Sequence record: PV245933.1
Reading direction: 5' to 3' (one strand)
Origin: Escherichia phage nasanit
DNA: 39,625 bases
This document shows, in pieces, positions 7,348-18,082 of the stretch. Positions within the stretch are counted from its first letter, which is position 1. Every line of letters starts with the position of its first letter. Below the pieces are notes generated by a model, which ran no database searches, was not told the DNA's origin, and worked only from the letters and a program-made list of their open reading frames with translations. Both the position numbers and the translations under genes were made by a program.

Positions 7348-9999
7348 ATGACTAACGTAATCAACGCACCAAAGAACGACTTCTCTGACATCGCTAACGC
7401 AATCATGCCGTACAACATTCTGGCTGACCATTACGGTGCACAGCTTGCAGCTACGCAGTTACAGCTTGAGCACGAAGCGCACACTGAGGGTGAGAAGCGT
7501 TTTCTTAAGGCAATGGAACGTCAAATCAAAGCGGGTGAGTTCGGTGATAACGCAGTGGCTAAACCGCTCCTGTCATCTCTCGCACCGAAGTTTATCGAGG
7601 CGTGGAACACTTGGTTCACTGAAGTGGAAGCGAAGCGTGGCAAGCGTCCAGTGGCTTACAATCTGGTACAGAAGGTTGCACCTGAAGCTGCTGCATTCAT
7701 CACACTGAAGGTCACGCTGGCTTGCTTGACGAAAGAAGAGTTCACCAACCTGCAATCGGTCGCTACTAAGATTGGTCGTAGCATTGAAGATGAACTGCGT
7801 TTTGGTCGCATCCGTGACGAAGAAGCGAAGCACTTTAAGAACCACGTACAGGAGGCACTGAACAAGCGCGTTGGCATCGTCTACAAGAAAGCATTCATGC
7901 AAGCCGTAGAGGGTAAGATGCTTGATGCTGGTCAACTGCAAACCAAGTGGACTACATGGACACCTGAAGAATCAATTCACGTTGGTGTGCGCATGTTGGA
8001 ACTGCTCATCGGGTCTACTGGTCTCGTTGAGTTACACCGCCCGTTCGCTGGGAACATCGAGAAGGATGGCGAGTACATCCAGTTAACAGAACAATATGTA
8101 GACCTGCTGTCTAAACGTGCTGGTGCACTGGCTGCAATCGCTCCGATGTATCAGCCTTGCGTGGTCCCTCCGAAGCCTTGGACTTCTCCGGTTGGTGGTG
8201 GCTATTGGGCGGCTGGTCGCAAGCCTCTCTCTCTGGTTCGTACTGGTAGCAAGAAGGGACTGGAACGTTACAACGATGTGTACATGCCTGAAGTTTACAA
8301 GGCGGTGAACATCGCACAGAATACTCCTTGGAAGATTAACAAGAAGGTTCTGGCAGTGGTCAACGAGATTGTGAACTGGAAGCATTGCCCGGTTGAAGAT
8401 GTACCTGCTCTCGAACGTGGTGAACTGCCTGTCAAACCTGAAGACATCGACACGAACGAAGCGGCTCTGAAAGCGTGGAAGAAAGCGGCCTCCGCAATCT
8501 ATCGCAAAGAGAAAGCACGAGTTTCTCGCCGCATGAGCATGGAGTTCATGTTAGGTCAGGCCAATAAGTTCGCACAGTTCAAAGCTATCTGGTTCCCAAT
8601 GAACATGGACTGGCGCGGTCGTGTGTATGCTGTGCCGATGTTTAACCCGCAAGGCAACGACATGACCAAAGGCTTGTTGACGCTCGCTAAAGGTAAACCA
8701 ATCGGTGTCGATGGGTACTACTGGCTGAAGATTCACGGTGCTAACACTGCTGGCGTGGACAAGGTGGACTTTGCAGAACGCATCAAGTTCATTGATGACA
8801 ACCATGAGAACATCATGAGCGTAGCTGCTGACCCGATTGCTAACACTTGGTGGGCCGAGCAAGACTCTCCGTTCTGCTTCCTCGCGTTCTGCTTCGAGTA
8901 TGCAGGAGTCCAGCACCACGGGATGAACTACAACTGCTCTCTTCCGCTGGCGTTTGATGGTAGCTGCTCCGGTATTCAGCACTTCTCCGCAATGCTTCGT
9001 GATGAAATTGGTGGTCGCGCTGTTAACTTACTGCCGAGCAAGGAAGTCCAAGACATCTACCGCATCGTAGCGGAACGTGTCAACGAGATTCTGAACCAAG
9101 ATGTTATCAACGGGACCGACAACGAAGTAGAGACCGTGACCAACAAGGACACAGGGGAAATCACTGAGAAGCTCAAGCTGGGTACTAAAGAACTAGCTGG
9201 TCAGTGGCTGGCCTACGGTGTGACCCGCAAGGTCACTAAGCGTTCGGTTATGACGTTGGCTTACGGTTCCAAAGAGTACGGATTCCGTGACCAAGTTCTT
9301 GAGGATACCATTCAGCCAGCTATCGACGATGGCAAGGGCTTGATGTTCACTCAACCGAACCAAGCGGCTGGCTATATGGCTAAACTGATTTGGAACGCGG
9401 TAACGGTGACAGTGGTCGCAGCGGTTGAAGCAATGAACTGGCTGAAGTCTGCGGCTAAACTTCTAGCTGCTGAAGTCAAGGACAAGAAGACCAAAGAGGT
9501 TCTCCGCAAGCGCTGCGCGGTACATTGGGTTACTCCTGATGGCTTCCCGGTCTGGCAGGAATACAAGAAGCCAGTACAGACCCGCTTGAACCTGATGTTC
9601 TTAGGCCAGATTCGTCTACAGCCTACCGTGAACACCAACAAGGATAGCGGAATTGATGCTCGTAAGCAGGAGTCAGGCATCGCACCTAACTTTGTCCACT
9701 CAATGGATGGAAGCCACCTGCGCATGACTGTGGTCCGCTCCAATGAGGTCTACGGTGTGGAATCGTTCGCACTGATTCACGACTCCTTTGGTACTATCCC
9801 TGCTGATGCTGGCAACCTGTTTAAAGCAGTGCGCGAAACGATGGTCAACACTTACGAAGAGAACGATGTACTAGCAGACTTCTATGAGCAATTTGCTGAC
9901 CAGTTACATGAATCACAGCTTGACAAGATGCCTGAGATGCCAGCTAAAGGTTCTCTGGACCTGCAAGAAATCCTTAAGTCAGACTTTGCGTTTGCCTAA
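7348..9999 (+). CDS. 1: Single-subunit DNA-dependent RNA polymerase, gp1
   Basis: 883 aa (same length as T7 RNAP); C-terminal ...SDFAFA; specificity loop PTVNTNKDSGIDARKQESGIAPNFVHS retains Asn at the T7 N748-equivalent position. Confidence 0.97.
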   Translation: MTNVINAPKNDFSDIANAIMPYNILADHYGAQLAATQLQLEHEAHTEGEKRFLKAMERQIKAGEFGDNAVAKPLLSSLAPKFIEAWNTWFTEVEAKRGKRPVAYNLVQKVAPEAAAFITLKVTLACLTKEEFTNLQSVATKIGRSIEDELRFGRIRDEEAKHFKNHVQEALNKRVGIVYKKAFMQAVEGKMLDAGQLQTKWTTWTPEESIHVGVRMLELLIGSTGLVELHRPFAGNIEKDGEYIQLTEQYVDLLSKRAGALAAIAPMYQPCVVPPKPWTSPVGGGYWAAGRKPLSLVRTGSKKGLERYNDVYMPEVYKAVNIAQNTPWKINKKVLAVVNEIVNWKHCPVEDVPALERGELPVKPEDIDTNEAALKAWKKAASAIYRKEKARVSRRMSMEFMLGQANKFAQFKAIWFPMNMDWRGRVYAVPMFNPQGNDMTKGLLTLAKGKPIGVDGYYWLKIHGANTAGVDKVDFAERIKFIDDNHENIMSVAADPIANTWWAEQDSPFCFLAFCFEYAGVQHHGMNYNCSLPLAFDGSCSGIQHFSAMLRDEIGGRAVNLLPSKEVQDIYRIVAERVNEILNQDVINGTDNEVETVTNKDTGEITEKLKLGTKELAGQWLAYGVTRKVTKRSVMTLAYGSKEYGFRDQVLEDTIQPAIDDGKGLMFTQPNQAAGYMAKLIWNAVTVTVVAAVEAMNWLKSAAKLLAAEVKDKKTKEVLRKRCAVHWVTPDGFPVWQEYKKPVQTRLNLMFLGQIRLQPTVNTNKDSGIDARKQESGIAPNFVHSMDGSHLRMTVVRSNEVYGVESFALIHDSFGTIPADAGNLFKAVRETMVNTYEENDVLADFYEQFADQLHESQLDKMPEMPAKGSLDLQEILKSDFAFA

Positions 10000-10006
10000 C
10001 GGAATC

Positions 10007-10029
10007 TAATACGACTCACTATTGGGAGA
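10007..10029 (+). promoter_or_regulatory. Phage RNAP promoter (phi1.1A position)
   Basis: TAATACGACTCACTATTGGGAGA. Confidence 0.8.
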
Positions 10030-10090
10030 CCCTTGGGGGTTTCCCTACTTTAAGATAACTTTAAGTTTAACTTTAAGAGGAAACATAATC

Positions 10091-10648
10091 ATGTTTACTT
10101 TCATCACTTCAGTAGGCGCTCTCGTAGCAACCATTCTTGCAGCAACATACTACAACCGTTCAAAGGTATTTCTCACCAAGCTAATCAAAGAAGAGAAGAA
10201 CTCTCACGCACTCAAAGAGAGACTTGAAGATGGGTGGCGAGAGAGGCAGGAACTAGCTGGTCGAATCCGTACTTTAGAGTTCGAACAACAATATGACATG
10301 TCGAACCAACGAGAACTCATTGAGCGTCTACGCGCTGAGGCAATGGAGTACCGCAAGGAACTTAAAGAGGCAAAGAGTACCATCCGTGAGTACACATACA
10401 GTGACATCACGTCTATCAAGTTTACTGCTCACATCCCGGATGCTGGATGGAAGCGCACTGAGTTCAAGCTAGGCATAGGGTCTTGCGGCAAAGAGGTTAC
10501 GTGTTTGCACTGGAAAGAACAGTCGGACCGCTACCTGCTGACACAGACGTGCACTGATGGTGAGCGCAAAGAGTTCACCTATTATAAGAAAGACGTAGCT
10601 GGTCGCATTGAGATTGCACGTAAGGTTGCAGACAATACGACTCACTAA
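10091..10648 (+). CDS. Hypothetical membrane-anchored protein, 185 aa (gene 1.05 position)
   Basis: Start MFTFITSVGALVATILAATYY (TM helix) after AAGAGGA SD; coiled-coil-like middle; Cys-containing C-terminus; track start 10022 rejected (no SD, inside promoter leader). Confidence 0.6.
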   Translation: MFTFITSVGALVATILAATYYNRSKVFLTKLIKEEKNSHALKERLEDGWRERQELAGRIRTLEFEQQYDMSNQRELIERLRAEAMEYRKELKEAKSTIREYTYSDITSIKFTAHIPDAGWKRTEFKLGIGSCGKEVTCLHWKEQSDRYLLTQTCTDGERKEFTYYKKDVAGRIEIARKVADNTTH

Positions 10649-10655
10649 TGGGAAA
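10633..10655 (+). promoter_or_regulatory. Phage RNAP promoter (phi1.1B position), overlaps 3' end of the preceding ORF
   Basis: CAATACGACTCACTAATGGGAAA. Confidence 0.75.
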
Positions 10656-10663
10656 CACTGAAA

Positions 10664-10708
10664 GTTAAACTCAAGGTCATCTACATGGTGGCCTTCATGA
10701 TTAACTGT
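10664..10708 (+). promoter_or_regulatory. Conserved processing hairpin (RNase III site-like, R1.1 position)
   Basis: GTTAAACTCAAGGTCATCTACATGGTGGCCTTCATGATTAAC. Confidence 0.45.
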
Positions 10709-10737
10709 CAACGATACTACCAAGAGGAAATAACATT

Positions 10738-10887
10738 ATGCGTACCAACTTTGAACCAACCACTAAGCGCAACAACATCATCAATGAACATGGTGCTGAA
10801 TGGCAGGAACGTAAAGACCGCATGAAGAAACGTCACAAGACACAACGTGGCAACTCTGAGAAACGCAACTGGAAGGAGGCACTCTAA
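10738..10887 (+). CDS. 1.1: gp1.1-like small basic protein (49 aa)
   Basis: ORF MRTNFEPTTKRNN...; AAGAGGA SD; stop overlaps start of 1.2 (TAATG). Confidence 0.55.
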   Translation: MRTNFEPTTKRNNIINEHGAEWQERKDRMKKRHKTQRGNSEKRNWKEAL

Positions 10888-11159
10888 TGGGTCGCTTATA
10901 CAGTGGTAACTTAATAGCATACAAAGACGCTATCGAACGGCTTAAAGAAGACCACGATGCAAATGTGGTCGTTGAGACTTATCGCTATGAGGACTTCACA
11001 CAGCGACGGATGGTCGCCGGAGAGACACTTCGAGTGGTCTTACGGGATGGCTTAATGCTGACCGCTAAGTGTTTCGAACAGGACGACGAAGACGTTCGTT
11101 GCAATGCACAGACTGAATGGCTTCGTAAGGTACACAACGACCTGAAGCACTGGAAGTAA
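10887..11159 (+). CDS. 1.2: gp1.2-like protein (host dGTPase inhibitor in T7)
   Basis: 90 aa starting MGRLYSGNL, ending ...DLKHWK, as in T7 gp1.2. Confidence 0.8.
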   Translation: MGRLYSGNLIAYKDAIERLKEDHDANVVVETYRYEDFTQRRMVAGETLRVVLRDGLMLTAKCFEQDDEDVRCNAQTEWLRKVHNDLKHWK

Positions 11160-11179
11160 TACGACTCACTATTGCGAGA
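11157..11179 (+). promoter_or_regulatory. Phage RNAP promoter (phi1.3 position)
   Basis: TAATACGACTCACTATTGCGAGA, overlapping the 1.2 stop codon. Confidence 0.75.
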
Positions 11180-11180
11180 G

Positions 11181-11222
11181 GTAAACTAAAGGTCATCTAC
11201 ACGGTGGCCTTTGTGATTAACT
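11181..11222 (+). promoter_or_regulatory. Conserved processing hairpin (RNase III site-like, R1.3 position)
   Basis: GTAAACTAAAGGTCATCTACACGGTGGCCTTTGTGATTAAC. Confidence 0.45.
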
Positions 11223-11264
11223 TTTGCTTAAACATTAACCAATACACACTAAAGGAGTTCCATT

Positions 11265-12296
11265 ATGGAAATCACATTCAAGACTAACCCATTCAAAGCA
11301 GTATCCTACGTTGAGTCTGCCATTAAGAAAGCACTCGACAAGGCTGGCTACCTGATTGCTGACACTAAGCATGATGGTGTACGTGGTAACATCGTGGTTG
11401 ACAATACGGCTGACTGCCTGTGGCTGTCCCGTGTCTCCAAGACCATCCCCGCGCTTGAGCACCTTAATGGGTTCGACCAACGCTGGGCTAATGTTCTCAA
11501 AGATGACCGCTGGATTTTCCCTGATGGCTTCATGCTTGATGGTGAACTGATGGTCAAAGGTGTTGACTTCAACACAGGGTCTGGCCTACTGCGTACCAAG
11601 TGGCTCAAGAAGACGAACTGTGGATTTGATATTGGTGGAGTAGAGCCTCTCAAGGGGAGTAAAGTAGACTTCTGCTTAGACCCTAAGAAACTTAAGGTTG
11701 TCCTGTATGCCGCTATGCCGTATCACGATATGGTAGAAGGCAAAGAGTATGGCGTTATGTCCCTCCTGATGCAAGAGCATGTGCGTTCCCTCATTCCGGT
11801 TCTTAGTGAACACTTCCCGGAAATCACTTGGGAACTCTCTGAGGCCAAAGAAGTCTACGACATGGTAGAACTTCAGGAACTCTACGAGAAAGCCCGTGCC
11901 GATGGTCATGAAGGTCTGGTCGTCAAAGACCCGCTTGAAGTCTACAAGCGTGGCAAGAAGTCTGGCTGGTGGAAGATGAAGCCTGAGAATGAAGCTGATG
12001 GTATTATCGTTGGCCTCAATTGGGGTACTCCGGGTCTGGCTAATGAAGGTAAAGTGATTGGCTTCGAGGTTCTCTTGGAGTCCGGTCGTGTAGTCTCTGC
12101 CAACAACATTAGCCAAGCGTTGATGGATGAGTTCACTGCTGCCGTCAAACATGCTGAGTCTGTGGGTATGGGTATGCCGTACACTGGCTTCGCCTGTCAG
12201 GTTGCCTACATGGAGGAAACTCCAGACGGTTCTCTGCGTCACCCATCGTTCGTTATGTTCCGTGGAACTGAGGATAACCCAAAGGAGAAAATGTAA
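11265..12296 (+). CDS. 1.3: ATP-dependent DNA ligase, gp1.3
   Basis: 343 aa; adenylation motif KHDGVRG near N-terminus; overall T7 ligase pattern. Confidence 0.92.
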   Translation: MEITFKTNPFKAVSYVESAIKKALDKAGYLIADTKHDGVRGNIVVDNTADCLWLSRVSKTIPALEHLNGFDQRWANVLKDDRWIFPDGFMLDGELMVKGVDFNTGSGLLRTKWLKKTNCGFDIGGVEPLKGSKVDFCLDPKKLKVVLYAAMPYHDMVEGKEYGVMSLLMQEHVRSLIPVLSEHFPEITWELSEAKEVYDMVELQELYEKARADGHEGLVVKDPLEVYKRGKKSGWWKMKPENEADGIIVGLNWGTPGLANEGKVIGFEVLLESGRVVSANNISQALMDEFTAAVKHAESVGMGMPYTGFACQVAYMEETPDGSLRHPSFVMFRGTEDNPKEKM

Positions 12297-12478
12297 TGCT
12301 TATCTTTGACGAGAACGGTTGGAGAGTGTATCAACACCCACACCTGATGATATTCCACATATCAAAGTGGATGGAAGGAGATGACCGGAGAAGCTACGGG
12401 AGAACTTGGGACTACTTTACTGTCCATGAGTGCCATAGTATTAAGGAAGTCAAAGAGTACCTACGAAACAATATGTAA
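12296..12478 (+). CDS. Hypothetical protein, 60 aa (gene 1.4 position)
   Basis: ATG overlaps ligase stop; intact ORF. Confidence 0.45.
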   Translation: MLIFDENGWRVYQHPHLMIFHISKWMEGDDRRSYGRTWDYFTVHECHSIKEVKEYLRNNM

Positions 12479-12486
12479 AGACAAAT

Positions 12487-12520
12487 GGTCAGTCCTTAAC
12501 GGGCTGGCCTTTTTGTGTTT
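12487..12520 (+). terminator. Intrinsic terminator (early terminator TE position)
   Basis: RNA hairpin GGUCAGUCC-UUAAC-GGGCUGGCC (G-U wobbles) followed by UUUUUGUGUUU. Confidence 0.6.
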
Positions 12521-12543
12521 CTATACGACTCACTATGGAGGAA
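12521..12543 (+). promoter_or_regulatory. Phage RNAP promoter (phi1.5 position), variant
   Basis: CTATACGACTCACTATGGAGGA. Confidence 0.6.
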
Positions 12544-12550
12544 CTACCTC

Positions 12551-12631
12551 ATGCTATTTCTAATTGCTGCTGCTATCTTTGCCACGTTTGCCTTCGTTAT
12601 CATTGACGACAACTGCTGGCCGGATTGCTAA
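12551..12631 (+). CDS. Possible 26-aa hydrophobic peptide (gene 1.5 position)
   Basis: MLFLIAAAIFATFAFVIIDDNCWPDC; GGAGGA SD; very short, weak evidence. Confidence 0.25.
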   Translation: MLFLIAAAIFATFAFVIIDDNCWPDC

Positions 12632-12651
12632 TACGACTCACCTATGGAGGA
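12629..12651 (+). promoter_or_regulatory. Phage RNAP promoter (phi1.6 position), variant
   Basis: TAATACGACTCACCTATGGAGGA. Confidence 0.55.
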
Positions 12652-12658
12652 CACAACT

Positions 12659-12922
12659 ATGTTAAGACTTCACTTCAACAAATCTAATGGCATCTTCTCT
12701 GCGCGTGGCGCTGACCGCTCTACGGTTCTGGCCTCTGAGAAACACGCAGTCATCCCTAAAGTGCTTGGCTCGACCATTGAGTTAGCACCTCGTGTTCACG
12801 CTGTAATCACCACTGGCTTATATAAAGAAGCGACCACTGGCTCCCGGCCTTTCATTCCGGTTCTCGTCACCCGTTTTCCTAAAGTCCGTCTGGTAATTGC
12901 GCGTATCAAGGAGGTGTTCTAA
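12659..12922 (+). CDS. gp1.6-like hypothetical protein (87 aa)
   Basis: Start MLRLHFNK with GGAGGA SD; track start 12644 lies inside the promoter. Confidence 0.55.
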   Translation: MLRLHFNKSNGIFSARGADRSTVLASEKHAVIPKVLGSTIELAPRVHAVITTGLYKEATTGSRPFIPVLVTRFPKVRLVIARIKEVF

Positions 12923-13233
12923 TGGTCTGCATGGCATGTTTAGAGAATGATGACCGCTACCCTCACACCTGTGAACCTGTAGCTAAACCACAAGATATAG
13001 AGGGTGTTCGCAAGCCGAGCCACTATATGTTGTTTGATGACATTGAGGCTATCGAGGTGATTGCCCGTTCGATGACCCGTGAACAGTTCAAAGGGTACTG
13101 CTTAGGGAATATCCTTAAGTACCGCCTCCGTGCTGGTAAGAAATCCGAACTGGCATTCTTAGAGAAGGACATGGCGAAAGCTGGGTTCTACGGTGAACTG
13201 TACGAGAAACATAAAGGTAAATGCCATGCTTAA
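12922..13233 (+). CDS. 1.7: gp1.7-like nucleotide kinase, short form (103 aa)
   Basis: ACLENDDRYPHTC and KPSHYMLFDDIEAIEVIARSMT..KGYCLGNILKYRLRAGKK match T7 gp1.7 N- and C-terminal blocks; central part of the 196-aa T7 protein absent. Confidence 0.7.
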   Translation: MVCMACLENDDRYPHTCEPVAKPQDIEGVRKPSHYMLFDDIEAIEVIARSMTREQFKGYCLGNILKYRLRAGKKSELAFLEKDMAKAGFYGELYEKHKGKCHA

Positions 13234-13324
13234 ACCTAGCGAATGGTGTGAGCGTATGTTTGAAAAGACAGGTAACACCGACTACCTTGAATTATATAAT
13301 CACTGGAAGGAGAGAGGACAATGA
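13226..13324 (+). CDS. gp1.8-like small protein (32 aa)
   Basis: [32 protein letters not shown]; overlaps 1.7 end and gene 2 start. Confidence 0.45.
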   Translation: MLKPSEWCERMFEKTGNTDYLELYNHWKERGQ

Positions 13325-13512
13325 GCACTCTGAATAAAGGGTCACTGGTAAACGGTGACAAGAAGTTCTTCGCTACGGTAGAAGGCCAAGGCCAATCGTT
13401 CGAAGTACCTGTGTTCGCTACGTCTCTTGAAGAGGCCAATGAGTTAGCTGAGTGGCAATACGTCCCTGCTGGCTTCGCTGTAACACGCATCCGTCCAGAC
13501 CGTAAGGTTTAA
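13321..13512 (+). CDS. 2: Inhibitor of host RNA polymerase, gp2
   Basis: 63 aa; ...[33 protein letters not shown] very close to T7 Gp2. Confidence 0.9.
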   Translation: MSTLNKGSLVNGDKKFFATVEGQGQSFEVPVFATSLEEANELAEWQYVPAGFAVTRIRPDRKV

Positions 13513-13532
13513 TAGGACTCACTAATGGGAGA
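13510..13532 (+). promoter_or_regulatory. Phage RNAP promoter (phi2.5 position)
   Basis: TAATAGGACTCACTAATGGGAGA. Confidence 0.7.
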
Positions 13533-13582
13533 CACTAACGTTTCCCCACTTTAACTTTCAGAAACTTTAAAGGAGAATCATT

Positions 13583-14287
13583 ATGGCATTCGCAAAACGT
13601 AAAGTATTCACTTCCGCTCGTGGTGTTGCTGAACCTTACTGCTATCTGGCAAAGCCGGACTTCGGTAGTGGCGACTTCAAGAACGAACGTGGTGTCTACA
13701 AGGTGTCACTTACTGTATCCAACAACGACCCTCGCTGTCAGAAAATGATTGACGAGATTGTCGAAGCCCATGAAGCGGACTATGCTGCTCGTCTTGAAGA
13801 GTACGAAGCGAACCCGCCGAAAGTTGTCAAGGGTAAGAAACCGCTGAAGCCGTATGTTGGCGACATGCCTTTCATGGATAACGAAGACGGAACCACTACG
13901 TTCAACTTCAAGTGCTACGGCTCGTTCACTGACAAGAAGACTGGTGAGAACAAACCAATCGACTTGGCTATTGTGGACTCCAAAGGTAAGCGCATCCGTG
14001 GCGAGCGTCCAGCTATCTCTGGTGGCTCTGAACTGAAGATTAAATACACTCTGTTCCCTTATGGTTGGTCTGCTGTGGCAGGTGCTTCCGTTAAGCTGCA
14101 ACTGGATTCCGTGATGCTGATTAAGCTGGTCGAGTTCGGTGGTGGTGATGACGATTGGGGTGATGAAATCGAAGAAGATGGCTACGAAGCTGATGAAAGC
14201 CAGACCAGTCAACGTCCTAAAAATGATTCTGGTTGGAACGAAGAACCGGAAGATGAAGGCGACGAAGATGAAGATGGCGACTTCTAA
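13583..14287 (+). CDS. 2.5: Single-stranded DNA-binding protein, gp2.5
   Basis: 234 aa; acidic C-terminal tail ending DEDEDGDF with terminal Phe; T7 gp2.5 pattern. Confidence 0.95.
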   Translation: MAFAKRKVFTSARGVAEPYCYLAKPDFGSGDFKNERGVYKVSLTVSNNDPRCQKMIDEIVEAHEADYAARLEEYEANPPKVVKGKKPLKPYVGDMPFMDNEDGTTTFNFKCYGSFTDKKTGENKPIDLAIVDSKGKRIRGERPAISGGSELKIKYTLFPYGWSAVAGASVKLQLDSVMLIKLVEFGGGDDDWGDEIEEDGYEADESQTSQRPKNDSGWNEEPEDEGDEDEDGDF

Positions 14288-14733
14288 TGGCTAAGGGATA
14301 TGCAGGTCGAGGCACTCGTGTGGGTGCCTTTCGCTCTGGCTTGGAGGATAAGGTAAGCAAACAGCTTGAGTCAAAGAACATTAAGTTCGACTATGAGCGC
14401 TGGCGTGTACCATATGTTGTCCCTGCAAGCAACCATACCTATTGCCCGGACTTCCTGTTACCTAATGGCATCTTTGTGGAAACCAAAGGTCTGTGGGACA
14501 GTGATGACCGCAAGAAACACTTACTGATTCGTGAACAGTATCCTGAACTTGATGTGCGCATCGTGTTCTCTTCAAGCCGCTCCAAGCTGTACAAAGGGTC
14601 TCCGACCAGCTACGGTGAGTGGTGCGAGAAGCATGGCATTCTGTTTGCTGATAAATTAATTCCAGTTGATTGGCTGAAAGAGCCTTCTAAGGATGTTCCA
14701 TTCGATAAATTTAAAGAGGTGAAGAAGAAATGA
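14287..14733 (+). CDS. 3: Endonuclease I (Holliday junction resolvase), gp3
   Basis: 148 aa; conserved blocks PASNHTYCPDFLLPNGIFVETKG and KLYKGSPTSYGEWCEKHGI. Confidence 0.93.
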   Translation: MAKGYAGRGTRVGAFRSGLEDKVSKQLESKNIKFDYERWRVPYVVPASNHTYCPDFLLPNGIFVETKGLWDSDDRKKHLLIREQYPELDVRIVFSSSRSKLYKGSPTSYGEWCEKHGILFADKLIPVDWLKEPSKDVPFDKFKEVKKK

Positions 14734-15185
14734 GTAAGGTACAATTCAAACCACGCGCTGTGACAGAAGCAATCTTTGTCCACTGTAGCGCAACCAAGGC
14801 GTCCATGAATGTTGGACTGCGTGAAATCCGTCAGTGGCATAAAGAACAGGGCTGGCTTGATGTAGGCTACCACTTCATTATTCGCCGTGATGGTACAATC
14901 GAAGAAGGCCGTCCGGTCGGAGTCGTTGGGTCTCACGTTAAGGACTGGAACAGTAAGTCGGTCGGTGTGTGCCTCGTTGGTGGTATCGACGATAAGGGCA
15001 AACACGAAGCTAACTTTACGCCAGCACAGATGCACTCTCTTAAAGAGAAACTCGCAGACCTGCTGGACATGTATCCAGATGCAGAAGTAAAAGCGCACCA
15101 CGATGTGGCACCTAAAGCGTGTCCGTCATTCAACTTGAGCCGCTGGCTGAAGACTGGTGAATTAGTAACTAGTGATTGGGGTTAA
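14730..15185 (+). CDS. 3.5: N-acetylmuramoyl-L-alanine amidase (T7 lysozyme) / RNAP inhibitor, gp3.5
   Basis: 151 aa; AIFVHCSATK, GYHFIIRRDGT, HHDVAPKACPSF motifs of T7 lysozyme. Confidence 0.95.
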   Translation: MSKVQFKPRAVTEAIFVHCSATKASMNVGLREIRQWHKEQGWLDVGYHFIIRRDGTIEEGRPVGVVGSHVKDWNSKSVGVCLVGGIDDKGKHEANFTPAQMHSLKEKLADLLDMYPDAEVKAHHDVAPKACPSFNLSRWLKTGELVTSDWG

Positions 15186-15189
15186 TATT

Positions 15190-15282
15190 ATGATGGTTAT
15201 CCACGAGATGGGTCTGTACGATTTGATTTATCGCCTCGCGTTCATGCTGGCAATGGTCTACATTCTTACCCGCAAGGATTAA
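15190..15282 (+). CDS. Possible 30-aa hydrophobic peptide
   Basis: MMVIHEMGLYDLIYRLAFMLAMVYILTRKD; short, weak evidence. Confidence 0.3.
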   Translation: MMVIHEMGLYDLIYRLAFMLAMVYILTRKD

Positions 15283-15301
15283 TAGAACTCACTATGGGAG
15301 A
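15280..15301 (+). promoter_or_regulatory. Phage RNAP promoter (phi3.8 position), variant
   Basis: TTAATAGAACTCACTATGGGAGAG followed by 5' hairpin GGGAGAG..TCTCCC. Confidence 0.65.
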
Positions 15302-15352
15302 GCCGAAAGGTTTCTCCCTTTGTTCGCTAAAATTGTATAAGGAGTAATCACT

Positions 15353-17304
<1,952 letters not shown>

Positions 17305-17306
17305 AT

Positions 17307-17329
17307 CAATACAACTCACTAATGGGACA
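17307..17329 (+). promoter_or_regulatory. Phage RNAP promoter (phi4.3 position), variant
   Basis: CAATACAACTCACTAATGGGACA. Confidence 0.65.
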
Positions 17330-17372
17330 GACACTCTGTTCCCATTTATCAATCCGCTTAAGGAGAATCACA

Positions 17373-17585
17373 ATGTTTAAATTCATCAATACTCTTGGTA
17401 AGCTGTTAGTTAAAATGTACTTCCGTGAAGCTAAACGTCTGAACGACAAGGCACGTAAGGACGCTGAACAGGCTCAACGCTTGGCGAAGCAGGCACGTCT
17501 ACTGTCTGAAGATGCAAGTGCTGGCGTTACGTCTGCTGCTAAGATTGCAGCGAAAGCAACCGACCTCAACAAGTTCTTCCTGTAA
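17373..17585 (+). CDS. 4.3: gp4.3-like protein (70 aa)
   Basis: Start MFKFINTLGKLL after AAGGAGA SD; same length as T7 gp4.3. Confidence 0.65.
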   Translation: MFKFINTLGKLLVKMYFREAKRLNDKARKDAEQAQRLAKQARLLSEDASAGVTSAAKIAAKATDLNKFFL

Positions 17586-17764
17586 TGGTTACGATAACCC
17601 TTGTGCTCACTCTGATAACTGTGAGCGGACAAACAATAAGTCAAGTCCCTATCACGGCACCGAAGGCTGAGGCATACGAAATATGCGAACAGCAAGGGCG
17701 CTCATGGTCTAAGGACTTGATGAAGAACGGCAGGGTTTTCACTGCCAACTACAACTGTATCTAA
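17585..17764 (+). CDS. Hypothetical small protein, 59 aa, N-terminal hydrophobic segment
   Basis: MVTITLVLTLITVSG... (signal peptide or TM-like), 3 Cys; ATG overlaps 4.3 stop. Confidence 0.45.
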   Translation: MVTITLVLTLITVSGQTISQVPITAPKAEAYEICEQQGRSWSKDLMKNGRVFTANYNCI

Positions 17765-17778
17765 TAGGAGTACACAAC

Positions 17779-18081
17779 ATGGCTATTAAATTCCCCGGTA
17801 ACACTATCCGTCTGTCCGACACCATCGACCAGTATGCTCGTCGGGTGCACATCAACGTCCGTAATGGCAAGGTCACTTTGGTCTACCGCTGGAAGGACCA
17901 TAAGTCCACCAAGGCGCACACACAGCGTGTGACTCTGGATGACACACAGGCAGGTCGTCTGCTGGCTTCCGTTGCTGTAGCCGCTACTGTGGCTGTAGGT
18001 GAAGACAATGTGCGTCAGGTTCTGCTGGGTAAGACCGTGGAGTCTGAGGGCAACATGCTTGCTGACAAGTGTGAAGAGTAA
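17779..18081 (+). CDS. Hypothetical protein, 100 aa
   Basis: Intact ORF with TAGGAG SD. Confidence 0.6.
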   Translation: MAIKFPGNTIRLSDTIDQYARRVHINVRNGKVTLVYRWKDHKSTKAHTQRVTLDDTQAGRLLASVAVAATVAVGEDNVRQVLLGKTVESEGNMLADKCEE

Positions 18082-18082
18082 G

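Noticed and set aside
10022-10090. Track start 10022 for the 1.05-slot ORF; similarly 15414 for gene 4, 12644 for 1.6, 17322 for 4.3, 22222 for 6.5, 30304 for gene 13, 21173 for gene 6
   Set aside because: These upstream ATGs lie within promoter or leader sequences without SD; downstream ATGs have proper SD spacing and match conserved N-termini.
11676-12242. 188-aa ORF on the minus strand
   Set aside because: Antisense to the DNA ligase gene; no supporting signals.
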